A DNA stretch of 62,553 nucleotides from Pseudomonadota bacterium (GTDB lineage: Bacteria; Pseudomonadota; Alphaproteobacteria; 16-39-46), in assembly GCA_018242545.1 (NCBI GenBank), contig JAFEBT010000003.1, forward strand, positions 1 through 62,553, in the 5' to 3' direction. Positions 28,777 to 37,800 of the stretch are shown here, piece by piece. Position 1 is the stretch's first letter; the number at the start of each line of letters is the position of its first letter. Under the pieces are notes generated by a model. That model saw only the letters and a program-made list of their open reading frames with translations, did no database searches and was not told the DNA's origin. The position numbers and the translations under genes are program-made.

Positions 28777-30484
28777 TTATACCTCTTGGACAAGGCAAAA
28801 TTTCTTCCCTGAAAATGAAAGCCCAATTTTTAAAAGACGCGTGAGACCGCGTTGCTCAATTTCTCTATAATAAGCTTTTTGAGAAATTTGCCTCAGGGCT
28901 TCTTCAGCTGTTTGTTTCAAAAGAGCCACCCTCTCAGTTTCCGAAAGAGGTTTACCCTCCGGTTCTTTAAGGCGCTTAAATTCCATTAGAATACTAAGTT
29001 TCTGAGCATCTCGCGATATAATTGCATAATCATAGCGTCCCTCACCACTTTCAGGGTTGGACCTAATTTCATAAAGGGAAGACGCATGCAAACTTGCCGT
29101 AAGTCCAATCATTAACCCATGATAAAAAGCTTCCGGGGTTCGGCTCGCGTCATGAACACTGACGGTGTGCTCCAAGAGTTCCTTTAAGTCAGCAGAGAAT
29201 TTCTCGATATTCCCTGTTAAAAGAGCATTCAAAAATTGATTGTACCATTCAAGTCCATAATCATGAACAAACCATTCTTTAATTATTTTTTTAAGAAGAA
29301 AGCTTACTTCTTTATTTGGAATAACAAGCGTGCATAAAGTTCCATCATCGATATATTGATGATTCATCGCCGTTAAATATCCTGTCATCAAAAATAAGCT
29401 CCAAATCGATGTCGGATTGCTTCTTTTCAGATCGGAAAACACTACATTCTCATCAATAAGTTTCTCAAGAGTATGTTCTTGAAGAAGTGATTCAAAATCC
29501 TCTTTAAAGGAAAAACTTGCCCCTGTTAGAAGAGATTTAATCAGTTCGTTATCGGATGTATTGACCCAATAAGGCTGAAAACTCCGCCTTTTTGAATAAA
29601 GTTAATAATTGACCAAGGGTTGTAAACGGTAACATCTGACATATGATATCCATTGTACCAATCTTTAACTTCTATTACTTTTCCTTCCATATGAGCTTGC
29701 GTCAAGAGATCCTCAACTTCGCCTTCTGTAAACCCAAAATAAGAACTATATTTTGAATTCAAAACAGAAAAGACATCAAGATGATTAAGTCCTGAGAATA
29801 AACTCTCACGTGATACCCGCAAGATTCCCGTCAAGACCGCTTTATAAAGACAAGGGTTATCTTTAAGACACGCACTTAGAAAATTCCGGAAAAAAGACAC
29901 GAGCGTCTCATAAAATCCTTTGAGATATCCTGCATGGATGGGAGTATCATATTCGTCTATGAGAACAATGGTTTTTTTTTATGATGCATAAAAAGGCATT
30001 CCGTGAGTGTCTTAAGAGAATCTTTAAGTTGGGCTTGATTTGCTTCTCTTTTTAAAATTCGAGTATATAAAAATTTAAGCTCTTCCGGAAGGATATCGCT
30101 TTTTTGCAAATAAGAAAAATTTTTATAAAGACTTACGATGATTTCGTAAATCTTATCATAAGCCAAAGCAAAATTATCTTCTTTGATATCTTTAAAAGAA
30201 AGAGAAATGACGGGGTATTGACCCTGATAGTCTTCATATATCGTTTCTTGAGAAATTTTAAGCCCTTTAAAAAGTCCCTTTGTCGAAATTGAGCTAACTT
30301 CCGGAGCAAAAAAGTACTGAAGCATGGAAAAGTTGAGTGTTTTTCCAAATCGTCTTGGACGCCTAATAAGAATAACTTTAGCAGCCTCTGTAATAACCTC
30401 TTTAATGAAAAGCGTTTTATCAACAAAATTAAATTTCTCATCAATGAGAGTTCTAAAGTCACTTTCTCCAATAGGAAGCTTCAT
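28777..30484 (-). pseudogene. AAA-ATPase-like / PD-(D/E)XK nuclease family protein in three fragments
   Basis: The N-terminus MKLPIGESDFRTLIDEKFNFVDKTLFIKEV..RRPRRFGKTL is typical of predicted AAA-ATPase (AAA-ATPase_like) proteins. The C-terminus ESGEGRYDYAIISRD..LMEFK looks like the PD-(D/E)XK module. Breaks lie at the A9/T9 run 29972-29980 (one extra base restores KKKTIVLIDEYDTPIHAG) and near 29560. Confidence 0.7.
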
Positions 30485-30833
30485 TGAATCCTTATCCTCT
30501 TTGTGCTCTATCTAAAGATGCTTTTAAAGCATTTTTCTGTTTAGCGTATCTTAAATCAAGCTCAAATGAAATCTTTAGAAGACTTTTTCTTGAGAGAAGA
30601 CCCAAACACCTTGTCATTAAAAAGATATTGATAGGACGCATGCATGTATCAAAAGAATTAAAAAAGAGAGAATTTTAGTCTAAAAATTCTCTCTTTCTTT
30701 CAAAGACCTCTTTAAAAAGTTATGACTTCTTCGTTTCTAAACCCGATATTGTCTCTTCTATAATTTGAAGTATAGGCATACCTTTTAAAAGATCTTGTGC
30801 AACTTGTATATTAATTAAGGATTGCTCATGGTC

Positions 30834-31676
30834 CTATACAATGGACAAAGCTTCTTTTGCTTTGATTTGCGATGCATGAAAACCCTCTTCATCTTTTATG
30901 AATCCAACAGCTCTTAGTGCCGCATTATCAGTAGGCTGAGGAGATGCCGACATTTTAAGAGTTACATCAACTTTTGCATTTTCATCTAATTTTTTCAAAA
31001 CATTTTTTGCAAGAGCAGCGTTCTCAATCCTAACCTTTCCTGATCTGAACTCATGGGATAAGAGCCGGTTTCCCCTCGTCGCATCATAAATATCTTCACC
31101 ATTTCCAGTATATGTTCTAATATAATTATCATGTACCCATATGTGAGAAAAGGGCCCGTTATTCTGAGGAAATGCCCAAGCACCCCTAATGAGGTAATGG
31201 GTCGAAGGATTTATCCTATGATAGTCCAGAAAAATGTTCTCAACCCTGGGAATCATTATCTCTTTCCTCGCCCACGTAGAAAAGTCACCTCCCGACATTT
31301 CTACACGATCCTCATTAGAAAAAGCCCCATATTTTTTTAAATTCTCTAAATCCGTTACAGAAGCGTCAGGAGAAATTTTTACTGAAACCTTAATTTTATC
31401 TTTCTCTTTCTCAGGCAAGAGGTCCAGCATGGCCGCAATTTTAAGAGCATCTGTTCCACGGATCGTTTTATTGGAGAGATCTACGACAACATAAGGTTTT
31501 TCCTTGAGCTCAGACATAGAAAAAAGTGAACGCACCTCTTTTTTCGTTTTTGGTTTTGCTTCAGAAAGTATTGTCATAGAATCATCACGCCCTCGTCATC
31601 TTTCCATGGCAAACGCAAGACTACTCGTTAAAAAGAATGCGGCCAATGAAACTGTTGTTATTTTGGTAAAATCCAT
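30834..31676 (-). pseudogene. Array paralogue m16 with an in-frame TGA between signal peptide and mature domain
   Basis: The ATG at 31674-31676 gives MDFTKITTVSLAAFFLTSSLAFAMER, then TGA (31596-31598), then RGRDDSMTILSEAKPK... in the same frame. Modules seen are IRGTDALKIAAMLDLLPEKEKDKIKVSVKI and GNGEDIYDATRGNRLLSHEFRSGKVRIENAALAKNVL. Confidence 0.75.
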
Positions 31677-31803
31677 GGTTTTTCTCCCGTATTTATGAGG
31701 CTGTTTTTATAATCTTACGGCTTTATTTTTATTGTTTCATTCTTTAATGATATCATTTTTATTAAGAATTTATAGTCTTAAAATTCTTTTAATGTTTTTG
31801 GCC

Positions 31804-33204
31804 CTACAGGGCTTTTTCTAACTCAAGATGAATGCCAAAGGACTTAAGCCGCTCAAAAAGGTCTGTTTTCAGGTGTTTTAATCCTTCAGCGGTTTCTGCT
31901 TCAATTCGCATGGTTAAAACATCTTGCGTATTTGAAGCTCTAATGCCCCACCAGCCTTCTTTAAAGGTTGCGCGAATACCATCGAGATCATTAAAAGAAA
32001 CGCCTTCCTTTAAAAGGTCTTCTTTAATCTTCTTTAAAATTTCTTTCTTATCTTTTCCTGCGCTTTCAATTCTAATCTCAGGCGTATTTTCCCGTTTTGG
32101 AAGGTCATCATAAAGCTCAGACAAACTCTTTGAAGACATATTTAAAATTTCAAGAAGTCTTAATGCCGCATAAAGAGCGTCATCATATCCATAATAACGA
32201 TCGGCAAAGAAAATATGACCGCTCATTTCACCGGCAAGAGGCGCTTTCATCTCACGCATTTTTGATTTAATCAGAGAATGTCCTGTTCTTTCCATAATCG
32301 GAACACCCCCAAATTCTTCAATCTTGTCAAAGAGAAGTTGGCTTGCCTTCACATCTGCAATAATAGGAGCTCCAGGCATTGTTTTCAAAACCCCTTCGGC
32401 AAGAAGAATCAGAATCTGATCACCCCATAAAATTCGCCCTTTTTCGTCCATAACGCCCAAACGATCGCCATCTCCATCAAAAGCAAATCCGAGATCTGCA
32501 TTGGTTTTCAAAATAAAATCTTTAAGCTGGTCTAAGTTTTCGGGAACGGTGGGATCCGGATGATGAGCAGGAAAATTTCCATCAATTTTTGTATTGAGAA
32601 GAATATGTTCTCCTGGAAGACGCTTTACCAATCGCTCTATAATTTCACCGGCAGAGCCATTTCCAGCATCCCACACAACTTTTAAAGGTTTTTTAAGCAT
32701 AAATCCTTCAAGAAGTTTTTCAACATAAAGATCGCGTAGATCATGTATCTCAAAGAAAGATGTATGGGAAGAAGAAGAAGAAGAGGAAAGATTTTTGAGT
32801 TTTAACGCAAGATTTTGAATTTCTTGCCCAAAAAAAGGCTGTTTTTGAAGGGTTATCTTAATTCCGTTATGGGTGGAAGGATTATGCGAGCCTGTAACCA
32901 TTAAAACAGCATCCACATCCAGTGCATAATGCGCAAAAGATGCCATGGGCGTTGGACCACATCCAATGGAAAATACGTGGGCTTTTTCTTCAAAAAGGCC
33001 ACGATGAAGCGCGTCTACCAATTGCGGCGTGCTTAACCTTCCATCAAATCCCACAGCAATACGCGGTTGTTCTTGATTCTTTTTTTCACGGACAAGCTCT
33101 GCAAAAAGGCGCCCGATGCTATAAAAATCTTCCGGAAAAAGCGTTTCGTTAAAAATGCCCCGAATATCATACTCTCTTAAGATTGATGGATGAAATGTAT
33201 GCAC
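31804..33204 (-). CDS. Phosphomannomutase/phosphoglucomutase (alpha-D-phosphohexomutase)
   Basis: Active-site loop MVTGSHNPSTHNGIK, metal loop FDGDGDR and sugar loop GEMSGH are all present. 466 aa. Confidence 0.9.
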   Translation of the reverse strand: MHTFHPSILREYDIRGIFNETLFPEDFYSIGRLFAELVREKKNQEQPRIAVGFDGRLSTPQLVDALHRGLFEEKAHVFSIGCGPTPMASFAHYALDVDAVLMVTGSHNPSTHNGIKITLQKQPFFGQEIQNLALKLKNLSSSSSSSHTSFFEIHDLRDLYVEKLLEGFMLKKPLKVVWDAGNGSAGEIIERLVKRLPGEHILLNTKIDGNFPAHHPDPTVPENLDQLKDFILKTNADLGFAFDGDGDRLGVMDEKGRILWGDQILILLAEGVLKTMPGAPIIADVKASQLLFDKIEEFGGVPIMERTGHSLIKSKMREMKAPLAGEMSGHIFFADRYYGYDDALYAALRLLEILNMSSKSLSELYDDLPKRENTPEIRIESAGKDKKEILKKIKEDLLKEGVSFNDLDGIRATFKEGWWGIRASNTQDVLTMRIEAETAEGLKHLKTDLFERLKSFGIHLELEKAL

Positions 33205-33217
33205 GTTAAACCTTTCT

Positions 33218-34543
33218 TTATAGATTTTGCCCTTTCACAAGGGAGCGGCCTAAAGAAATATAGGTAAAGGGTGTTTTTCTCATTTCATCAAGGGTATAGA
33301 TATTTCTAAGGTCAATCAACAAAGGTGTTTTCATAATCTGATTCATTTTTTCAAAATCAAGGGCCCTGAATTCATTCCATTCTGTTAGGATAAGACCTGC
33401 ATCTACTCCTTCCAAAGCATCATAAACGTTTTTCTCCCAAGAAATATTGGACAAAAATTTCTGAGCTTCCACCATACCTGCTGGATCATAAGCTTTTAAG
33501 ATTGCTCCTTTCTCTTGTAAGAGAGGAAGAATTGTAAGACTTGGACTTTCACGCATATCATCCGTATTGGGCTTAAATGTAACCCCTAACACACCAATTG
33601 TTTTTCCCTTAAGGTCTCCGTTGAAAAGAGCTTCTATTTTTTCTGCCATCTGCTCTTTTCGCGCCTCATTTGAGGCCACCACGGCTTCAACAATTTTTAA
33701 AGGTCTTCCAAGATCTTGAGCTGTTTTAACAAGCGCTAATGTATCTTTTGGAAAACAAGAGCCACCATATCCGGGTCCGACATGTAAGAATTTTGATCCG
33801 ATACGTTTATCAAGACCAATGGCTTTTGAAACAGCTTGCACATCAGCGCCTGAAGCTTCACATACATCTGAAATTTCATTAATAAATGCAATTTTCGTCG
33901 CTAAAAACCCATTCGCGGCATATTTAATAAGCTCCGCTGTTTCTAAATTTGTAAAAACAATAGGCGTCTCTAATAAGTTGAGAGGCCGATAAAGCTCACG
34001 AAGAGCCTCGCGTGCGTTCTCAGTTTCTGCCCCCACCACCACACGGTCAGGACGCATAAAATCTTCAATTGCAGATCCTTCTCTTAAAAATTCAGGATTA
34101 GAGGCCACATCAATTTTAAGATCCGGACGTTTTTTCTGAACAAGGTCCAAAATCTTGCGTCCTGTTCCAACAGGAACTGTTGATTTTGTTACAAGAACCG
34201 TTGGTTCAGATAAATTTTCTGCCACTTCTTCAGCCGCACTAAACACGTAGCTCAAATCTGCGTGACCATCTCCACGACGACTCGGAGTTCCAACGGCAAT
34301 AAAAACAGCATCAGCACTTTTTAAGGCTTCTTTCAGGTCATTTGTAAACGTTAAGCATCCTGTTTGAAGTCCTTGTTGTACAAGCGTTTCAAGCCCAGGT
34401 TCATAAATCGGAATTTTTCCTGCCTGGAGATCTTTTATTTTTTTTTGATCTTTATCGACAGCCGTTACATGAACTCCAAATTGAGCAAAACACGCTCCAG
34501 AAACAAGGCCTACATATCCAACACCAATCATTGCAAGACGCAT
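33218..34543 (-). CDS. ugd: UDP-glucose 6-dehydrogenase
   Basis: N-terminal Rossmann motif MIGVGYVGLVSGACFA, the block GGSCFPKD containing the conserved Cys I take to be catalytic, and 441 aa length. Confidence 0.9.
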   Translation of the reverse strand: MRLAMIGVGYVGLVSGACFAQFGVHVTAVDKDQKKIKDLQAGKIPIYEPGLETLVQQGLQTGCLTFTNDLKEALKSADAVFIAVGTPSRRGDGHADLSYVFSAAEEVAENLSEPTVLVTKSTVPVGTGRKILDLVQKKRPDLKIDVASNPEFLREGSAIEDFMRPDRVVVGAETENAREALRELYRPLNLLETPIVFTNLETAELIKYAANGFLATKIAFINEISDVCEASGADVQAVSKAIGLDKRIGSKFLHVGPGYGGSCFPKDTLALVKTAQDLGRPLKIVEAVVASNEARKEQMAEKIEALFNGDLKGKTIGVLGVTFKPNTDDMRESPSLTILPLLQEKGAILKAYDPAGMVEAQKFLSNISWEKNVYDALEGVDAGLILTEWNEFRALDFEKMNQIMKTPLLIDLRNIYTLDEMRKTPFTYISLGRSLVKGQNL

Positions 34544-34561
34544 TTATAATTCCTCATATTT

Positions 34562-35476
34562 TTAAGAATGAAACTGATACTCTTTTAAAATAGCCGACAT
34601 TTCTTCTCTTAAATCTTCACGCGCAAGAGCAAAAGCAACCGTTGCTTTTAACAGACCTTGACGTGTTCCACAATCAAATCGCTTTCCCTCAAATAAAAAT
34701 CCTTGGAGCTCTGTGAAAAATGGCCCCTCTTTAAGCCCTTTTGCTAGCGCATCTGTTAGCTGAATTTCCCCTCCCACACCTTTTGCATGAGAATTTAAGA
34801 TTTCAAAAATAGAAGGGTCCAAAATGTATCGACCTATCACAGCCATTTGAGACGGCGCTTTATGAAGCTCGGGCTTTTCAACAATCCCTTTTGCTTGAAT
34901 GAGTGTCTTAGATTGCGCTTTAACATCTAAAATACCATAGTAACATGTTTCTTCTTTTGAAACTCCTTGTACAGCAACCATATGCCCAGAATTCTTATAA
35001 GCGTCGACCATTTGTTTTAAGCATGGCGTTTTACTTTGAATAAGATCATCTGCCAAAAGAACCGCGAAGGGTTCGTCTCCAATCAAATGTCGCGCACACC
35101 AAACGGCGTGACCTAATCCTAAGGGCTCTTGCTGACGTATATAAGAAATCTGACCAGGCGCCATTAAAAGATCATTAATCATTTCGAGATCTTTTGTTTT
35201 TCCCCGTTTTTGAAGTTCTGCATTTAATTCATAGGAATAATCAAAAAAATCCTCTATTGCGCTTTTTCCTCTCCCTGTTACAAAAATAAACTCCTCAATT
35301 CCTGCAGATCGGGCTTCTTCAACAGCATATTGGATTAAAGGCTTATCAATAACGGGAAGCATTTCCTTTGGGCTTGATTTTGTAACAGGTAAAAATCGCG
35401 TTCCAAGCCCACCCACTGGAAAGACAGCTTTTTTAACAGCACTCTGCATAAAAAAAATAGTCCTTTTATAAAACAT
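34562..35476 (-). CDS. galU: UTP--glucose-1-phosphate uridylyltransferase
   Basis: KAVFPVGGLGTRFLPVTKSSPKEMLPVIDKPLIQY is the GalU signature. The probable true start is Met 10 at 35449. Confidence 0.9.
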   Translation of the reverse strand: MFYKRTIFFMQSAVKKAVFPVGGLGTRFLPVTKSSPKEMLPVIDKPLIQYAVEEARSAGIEEFIFVTGRGKSAIEDFFDYSYELNAELQKRGKTKDLEMINDLLMAPGQISYIRQQEPLGLGHAVWCARHLIGDEPFAVLLADDLIQSKTPCLKQMVDAYKNSGHMVAVQGVSKEETCYYGILDVKAQSKTLIQAKGIVEKPELHKAPSQMAVIGRYILDPSIFEILNSHAKGVGGEIQLTDALAKGLKEGPFFTELQGFLFEGKRFDCGTRQGLLKATVAFALAREDLREEMSAILKEYQFHS

Positions 35477-35678
35477 TGTTTGAAAGTGTCCTTACCCTAC
35501 AAAATTATGAGGAAACTTTCAATCACGGATGTAAGATTTTTTTTAATAACGCAGTGTAGAGGTTTTTGAAGTATTAAAAAGAAAATAAAGATCCCTTCTC
35601 AGTGAAGCTGCTGGATGGAGTTTCTTGTTTAAAAGAAAGCAAACTCTATGAACAAGAATTTTAAGACTACACGCTGCG

Positions 35679-36062
35679 TTAATTGTTAATTGGAACCAGC
35701 ATTGGTAAAGGCTCCCAAATTATAAATGGTTTAATTTTTCGCTTGGCTTTTCTAAGATCATCATAATACATGACGTCATAAACATTTTGATCTTCTGGAT
35801 AACTTTGATTGGCACGGTGTAATGAATTGTATGAAGGAACAATACCTATATTATCTTGTCCCAATAAACGTTTCACAATAGAATCAGGATCACTCATATT
35901 AATGGGCATTCCTACCTCATATAATGCCAAAAACATACGAATTGCTTCAGCCAGACAGCTTATTGCAGACGGCACTCTCATCTCTTTCCTAAAGAAAAGA
36001 GTTTTCGAGCACTTCATTATAAAAGGCCATAATTTAGTGATAAGAGCAAGAGTTAAGAGCAA
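35679..36062 (-). CDS. Hypothetical protein, weak call
   Basis: 127-aa ORF in a 700-bp gap between galU and nth. I recognise no motif, and the start is uncertain. Confidence 0.25.
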   Translation of the reverse strand: MLLTLALITKLWPFIMKCSKTLFFRKEMRVPSAISCLAEAIRMFLALYEVGMPINMSDPDSIVKRLLGQDNIGIVPSYNSLHRANQSYPEDQNVYDVMYYDDLRKAKRKIKPFIIWEPLPMLVPINN

Positions 36063-36192
36063 ATTCCATTCTTACTAAGAAAATTACTATTTCATATTAG
36101 CCAAGTAACCCTGTACAACCTTATCTGACATCTTGAAAGACCTTGTAAATTTCTCTATGGTTCTAAAATATTGACCCCTAAAGAGATTTACA

Positions 36193-36846
36193 ATGACACC
36201 AAAGAACATAAACCTTTTTTTTGAAGCTTTGGAAAAGGCAATTCCCAATCCTCAAACAGAGCTCATCTATACAAATCCTTATACACTTCTTGTTGCCGTT
36301 GTCCTCTCCGCCCAAAGCACAGACAAAGGTGTAAATCGTGCAACGCAAGACCTTTTTAAAATTGTGCATACCCCGTCAGATATGATTCACTATGGAGAAG
36401 AAAATCTAAAGAATACCATTAAAACCATTGGACTTTATAAAACAAAAGCTAAAAATATTATAAAATTGAGTCATATTTTAGAAGATCGCTTTAAGGGAAC
36501 CGTCCCGGCGACACGTGAAGAACTCGAGTCACTCCCAGGCGTTGGGCGTAAAACAGCCAATGTGGTTTTAAATGTTATTTTTGGGCTTCCAACATTTGCT
36601 GTGGACACCCATATCTTCCGTGTCTCTAATCGAACGGGTCTTGCCGTTGGAAAGACCCCCTTAGCTGTTGAAAAAATATTAGAAAATGTCGTACCAGAGA
36701 AATTCCGGCATAGTGCCCATCATCTTCTTATTCTCCATGGGCGCTACACGTGTAAGGCTCAAAAACCTCTTTGTCCGGCTTGCCCAGTAAAAAACCTCTG
36801 TTCTTACACCTTTAAAACACAAGAAATTTCTCCCAAATCCATTTAA
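36193..36846 (+). CDS. nth: Endonuclease III
   Basis: HhH-GPD block LPGVGRKTANVVL, DTHIFRVSNR, and the C-terminal 4Fe-4S cluster C-x6-C-x2-C-x5-C (CKAQKPLCPACPVKNLC). Confidence 0.92.
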   Translation: MTPKNINLFFEALEKAIPNPQTELIYTNPYTLLVAVVLSAQSTDKGVNRATQDLFKIVHTPSDMIHYGEENLKNTIKTIGLYKTKAKNIIKLSHILEDRFKGTVPATREELESLPGVGRKTANVVLNVIFGLPTFAVDTHIFRVSNRTGLAVGKTPLAVEKILENVVPEKFRHSAHHLLILHGRYTCKAQKPLCPACPVKNLCSYTFKTQEISPKSI

Positions 36847-36861
36847 AAGAATTTTTACATT

Positions 36862-37725
36862 TCATCTCTTAAACTCAGGAAGAACATAGGTTGGAACCTT
36901 CCCATGTTTTTGAAAGACATTCCTTAAATTTTTCTCAAAAGGAAGATCTTTTCCCGTCTCTAGGCATTCAAATTTATGAATTCCGGCTGGAATAAAAGCA
37001 ACGTCTAATCCTTGCTGCACAGCTCCTGTAACATCTGTTCTGAGAGAGTCCCCAATACATAAAATCTTTGATTTATTTTCAATTTCAAGAACATTTAAGG
37101 CTCTTTCATAAACACTTTTATGGGGCTTTCCATGGGAGAAAACCTTTCCACCTTGAGACTCATACCAGTCCGCCAAGGTTCCCGCACAAATCAACTCTTC
37201 TCCTTGAATATGAACAATCAAATCAGGGTTAACGCAAACAAAGGGAATATTTTTTTTGAGACCCTTTTCTAAGAGAGCCATATAATCTTCTAAAGAGTCT
37301 TCCCAACTAAACGTATGGATTCCTAAAATAAAATCAGCTTTCTCAATGGAGATGGCTTCTTTTAAGCCTGGGACATCGAGCATATGACGGTCCTTTTCTC
37401 CACCAATAAAAAAGGCATGACATCCAAAATTTGGAATATAAGTTTCAATCATGGCACCTAAAGCATCATCTCCAGAGGTAATAAGCCCCTTATAAAGATG
37501 AGGATCTATCTTAAGATCTGAGAGCCGCTCTTTAATAAATATAGATTTACGCGGTGCATTCGATAGAAAAACTATCTGCTTTTTTAAAGTTCGCAACTCT
37601 TCAAGACTTCTTAATACATCGGGATAAAGAACTTTCCCGTCATGAATGACGCCCCAAAGATCAACCACATAACCATTATAATCCTCCCAAATATCTGAAA
37701 GACCTTTAATTATTTTAAAAGACAT
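36862..37725 (-). CDS. HAD-superfamily hydrolase, subfamily IIA-like
   Basis: N-terminal DLWGV(I)HDG, C-terminal IGDSLRTD, and 287 aa length fit HAD-IIA. Confidence 0.7.
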   Translation of the reverse strand: MSFKIIKGLSDIWEDYNGYVVDLWGVIHDGKVLYPDVLRSLEELRTLKKQIVFLSNAPRKSIFIKERLSDLKIDPHLYKGLITSGDDALGAMIETYIPNFGCHAFFIGGEKDRHMLDVPGLKEAISIEKADFILGIHTFSWEDSLEDYMALLEKGLKKNIPFVCVNPDLIVHIQGEELICAGTLADWYESQGGKVFSHGKPHKSVYERALNVLEIENKSKILCIGDSLRTDVTGAVQQGLDVAFIPAGIHKFECLETGKDLPFEKNLRNVFQKHGKVPTYVLPEFKR

Positions 37726-37800
37726 TTTTACACACTCCCTTTATACTAATAAATAACAATGCAATACAAATTTAGAGAAGATAATAGCATCTAATCGTTT

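Noticed and set aside
30133-30471. A 112-aa alternative-frame ORF within the first AAA-ATPase-like fragment.
   Set aside because: It is on the same strand as, and nested in, the fragment that carries the recognisable RRPRRFGKTL family motif. It is an alternative-frame artefact.
31596-31598. The in-frame TGA in m16 read as Trp (genetic code 4) or selenocysteine.
   Set aside because: TGA clearly terminates well-defined genes in this window, for example tatA at 55377-55379 and the RelE-like toxin at 50850-50852. Housekeeping ORFs are full length under the standard code. I see no obvious SECIS-like hairpin directly downstream. A nonsense mutation is the simpler reading.
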